Below, piece after piece: positions 48,663-50,648 of a DNA stretch of 50,648 nucleotides; the stretch's first letter is position 1, and each line of letters begins with the position of its first letter. Source of the DNA: Pseudomonadota bacterium (GTDB lineage Bacteria > Bdellovibrionota_B > Oligoflexia > Oligoflexales > CAIYRB01); the NCBI GenBank assembly GCA_031416315.1, contig JANOTL010000028.1:1-50648 (forward strand). The letters are read 5' to 3'. The notes below the pieces were generated by a model. It was not told where the DNA came from. It searched no databases and saw only the letters and a list, made by a program, of their open reading frames with translations. Made by a program: the position numbers and the translations under genes.

Positions 48663-48836
48663 ACCGTCGTGACGATGCAACTCGCCCTAGGCTTTCTGCT
48701 CACCAACGTGACCCTTTGGGGCGTGCCGTGGCTCGTCGCGCGCTGGGGCTGGGGCGTGGGCTTTGCGGCGCTCGCGCCGGGGCCGCTCGTCGGCTTTCTC
48801 GCGATGCGCCGCTTGGCCCTGCGTGGGGCTCGTTGA
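48663..48836 (+). pseudogene. 3' remnant of an MFS transporter gene
   Basis: TVVTMQLALGFLLTNVTLWGVPWLVARWGWGVGFAALAPGPLVGFLAMRRL resembles the last two MFS helices; no 5' part or RBS. Confidence 0.5.
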
Positions 48837-48939
48837 TTTTATTACAGTTTTTAATAAAATAGTTTAAAATAATCATAGAATGTTTTAATATCAGCTCAGC
48901 CCGGGTGTCGCCCGGCTCCCCCCGCTCCTGCTCCCCGCT

Positions 48940-50648
48940 GTGGATACGCCGCTGAAGCTCTCCCTCCCCACGCTCTTCCTCGTCCTCGCCGCGCTCTGCG
49001 CGGCGAGCTCGCCCGTTCAGGCTGCGCAGGGCGCGGTGTTCGCGGCTTCGCGCGTCGAGTATCACCTCGAGCGCGAAGGTCGGATCGACTCCTTGGAGCA
49101 GGTCCTCGCGCCGAGCACGCGCTTTCAGACGATGCCGGAAGATCTCAAGGTCGGCTACACGACCGACGGTCTGTGGATCCGCTTCGTTGTGGTGAACCAC
49201 GGCACCGCGAGCGCCGGCTACATGATCTTCGAGGACACGACGCCGAACCTCGTCGAGGTCTACGTCATGCCGGGACGCGCACCGCTCCGCGGCGGCAGCT
49301 TCGTCCCCCTATCCGAGCGCGACGTCGTAAGCCGCGCCCCGACCTTCTTACTCACGATCCCGCCGGGCGAGAGCCGCACGCTGTACGCGCGCTTTGCCTC
49401 GTTCAACATCATCTCGCCGGAGTTCCATTTCGAATCGACCGAAGCCTACGCCGAGAAAAACGGGGTCGAGGAGCTCGTCCTCGGCACGTATTACGGCGCT
49501 GCCGTCGCGCTCTTCCTCTACAACTTCTTCCTGTTCCTCTCGATCCGCGACCGGAACTTCCTCCTCTATTCGTTCTTCATCCTCGGGACGTCGGCGACCT
49601 TCTTCTGCTTCGACGGCTTTGCCGACCTCCACCTCGGCGGCTTAATGACCGGCTGGCAGGAATATACGACCGGCTTCGGACAAGTTGCGCTCCTCATGGC
49701 CGTCGTCTTCTCGCGCCAATTCCTCGACGTCAGCCATACGGCGCCCCGCTTCGACCGCTTGATGCGCGCGGTCATCGCCCTCAACATCGTCGGCGTCGTC
49801 ATCGCCTTCAGCCCCCTGACGGTCTTGGGCGGTTACATCGTCGACGTCAGCGCCGCCGTCAACGGCCTCGTCGTCGTGCTCGCGGGGCTCTTCTCACGGC
49901 ACTCGGGCTTTCGACCGGCGCGCTTTTACCTCTTGTCCTGGATCATCCTCTTCACGATGACCCTGGTTTGGCTCGGCGGCATGCACGGCGCCTTGCCGCG
50001 CAACGCGCTCACCACGCACGGGATCTTGCTCGGCGCCATGCTGGAGATGATCGTCATGTCGCTCGCGCTGGGCGACCGCGTGAAGCTCATCCAGAACGCG
50101 GCGAAAGAGCAGGAAGCCATCGCGCGCGCGGCGCGGATGATCGCGCACGACGTGCGTAAGCCGTTCTCACAGCTCGACGCGATCCTATCGGCCCTCGCGA
50201 GCGATAGCCAAGAGGCAAGCCCGGCGGCGCTGCGTGAGTTCGCGCTTCGCCGCAGCGTCGACGTGCGCGAGGCGATGCGCTTCGTCGACGGTCTCCTCGA
50301 GGAGGTCATGGGCTTTGGCCGCAAGGAGGAGCTGAAGCGCTTCCCGGTCGATCCGGCCGAGCTCGTCGGCCACGTCCTGCGCAGCGGCATCGCCTTTCCG
50401 CCCTCGGTCAAAGTCGAGATCGACACGCGGCATTCCTGCCTCGTCGAAGTCGATGCGGGCAAGATCCACCGCGTCCTCTTGAACGTCTTGGACAACGCGA
50501 GCGCGGCGATCGGCTCGGCCGAGGGCAAGGTCTGGCTGCGGACGACCGACGCCTTCGCCGGCGGCCAGGGCGTCGTGCGCCTCGTCGTCGGCAACGACGG
50601 TCCGCGGATCGCGCCCGAGGATCTGGGCCGCATTTTCGAGCCCTTCTT
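48940..50648 (+). CDS. 7TM-DISM sensor histidine kinase, 3'-partial (absent from ORF track)
   Basis: Open frame from GTG 48940 to window end: signal peptide, GYTTDGLWIRF, YYGAAVALFLYNFFLF, MSLALGDR, MIAHDVRKPF, NVLDNA, GNDGPRI..IFEPF. Confidence 0.88.
   Translation, partial: MDTPLKLSLPTLFLVLAALCAASSPVQAAQGAVFAASRVEYHLEREGRIDSLEQVLAPSTRFQTMPEDLKVGYTTDGLWIRFVVVNHGTASAGYMIFEDTTPNLVEVYVMPGRAPLRGGSFVPLSERDVVSRAPTFLLTIPPGESRTLYARFASFNIISPEFHFESTEAYAEKNGVEELVLGTYYGAAVALFLYNFFLFLSIRDRNFLLYSFFILGTSATFFCFDGFADLHLGGLMTGWQEYTTGFGQVALLMAVVFSRQFLDVSHTAPRFDRLMRAVIALNIVGVVIAFSPLTVLGGYIVDVSAAVNGLVVVLAGLFSRHSGFRPARFYLLSWIILFTMTLVWLGGMHGALPRNALTTHGILLGAMLEMIVMSLALGDRVKLIQNAAKEQEAIARAARMIAHDVRKPFSQLDAILSALASDSQEASPAALREFALRRSVDVREAMRFVDGLLEEVMGFGRKEELKRFPVDPAELVGHVLRSGIAFPPSVKVEIDTRHSCLVEVDAGKIHRVLLNVLDNASAAIGSAEGKVWLRTTDAFAGGQGVVRLVVGNDGPRIAPEDLGRIFEPF

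Noticed and set aside
48700..50633. Track ORFs 48700..49200, 49173..50159 and 49926..50633
   Set aside because: Shadows of the 3'-partial 7TM-DISM kinase starting at 48940

Overview
GC-rich bacterial chromosomal window with about 52 CDS and one tRNA-Asp(GTC). No integrase, transposase, CRISPR array or rRNA was seen. Gene style (many orphan lipoproteins, stand-alone mreB, STAS-Zn-ribbon protein, 'AHDVRKPF' kinase) suggests an Oligoflexia/Bdellovibrionota-like organism (inference). Recognisable genes: aldo/keto reductase, SET-domain protein, metalloproteases, SAM methyltransferase, HAD hydrolase, REC+LOV pair, mreB, hybrid kinase, ceramidase-like protein, SPFH/NfeD, phoX, LysR, sodB, S1-like protein, apt, cyclophilin, HutD-like protein, polar amino-acid ABC transporter and a 7TM-DISM kinase. 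Most notable: (1) an operon of CHASE2-PP2C phosphatase, STAS/Zn-ribbon protein and HEAT-like protein with a C-terminal HEPN-type RxxxxH domain, a possible signal-controlled RNase; (2) about 11 sigma28-like promoters with an exact 16-nt spacer, mostly before orphan lipoprotein genes, one before a candidate sRNA; (3) lipoproteins sharing an N-terminal domain but with unrelated C-termini; (4) a four-gene exported diheme cytochrome c / DUF1501-like operon. All family calls come from motif recognition by eye; no searches were run.
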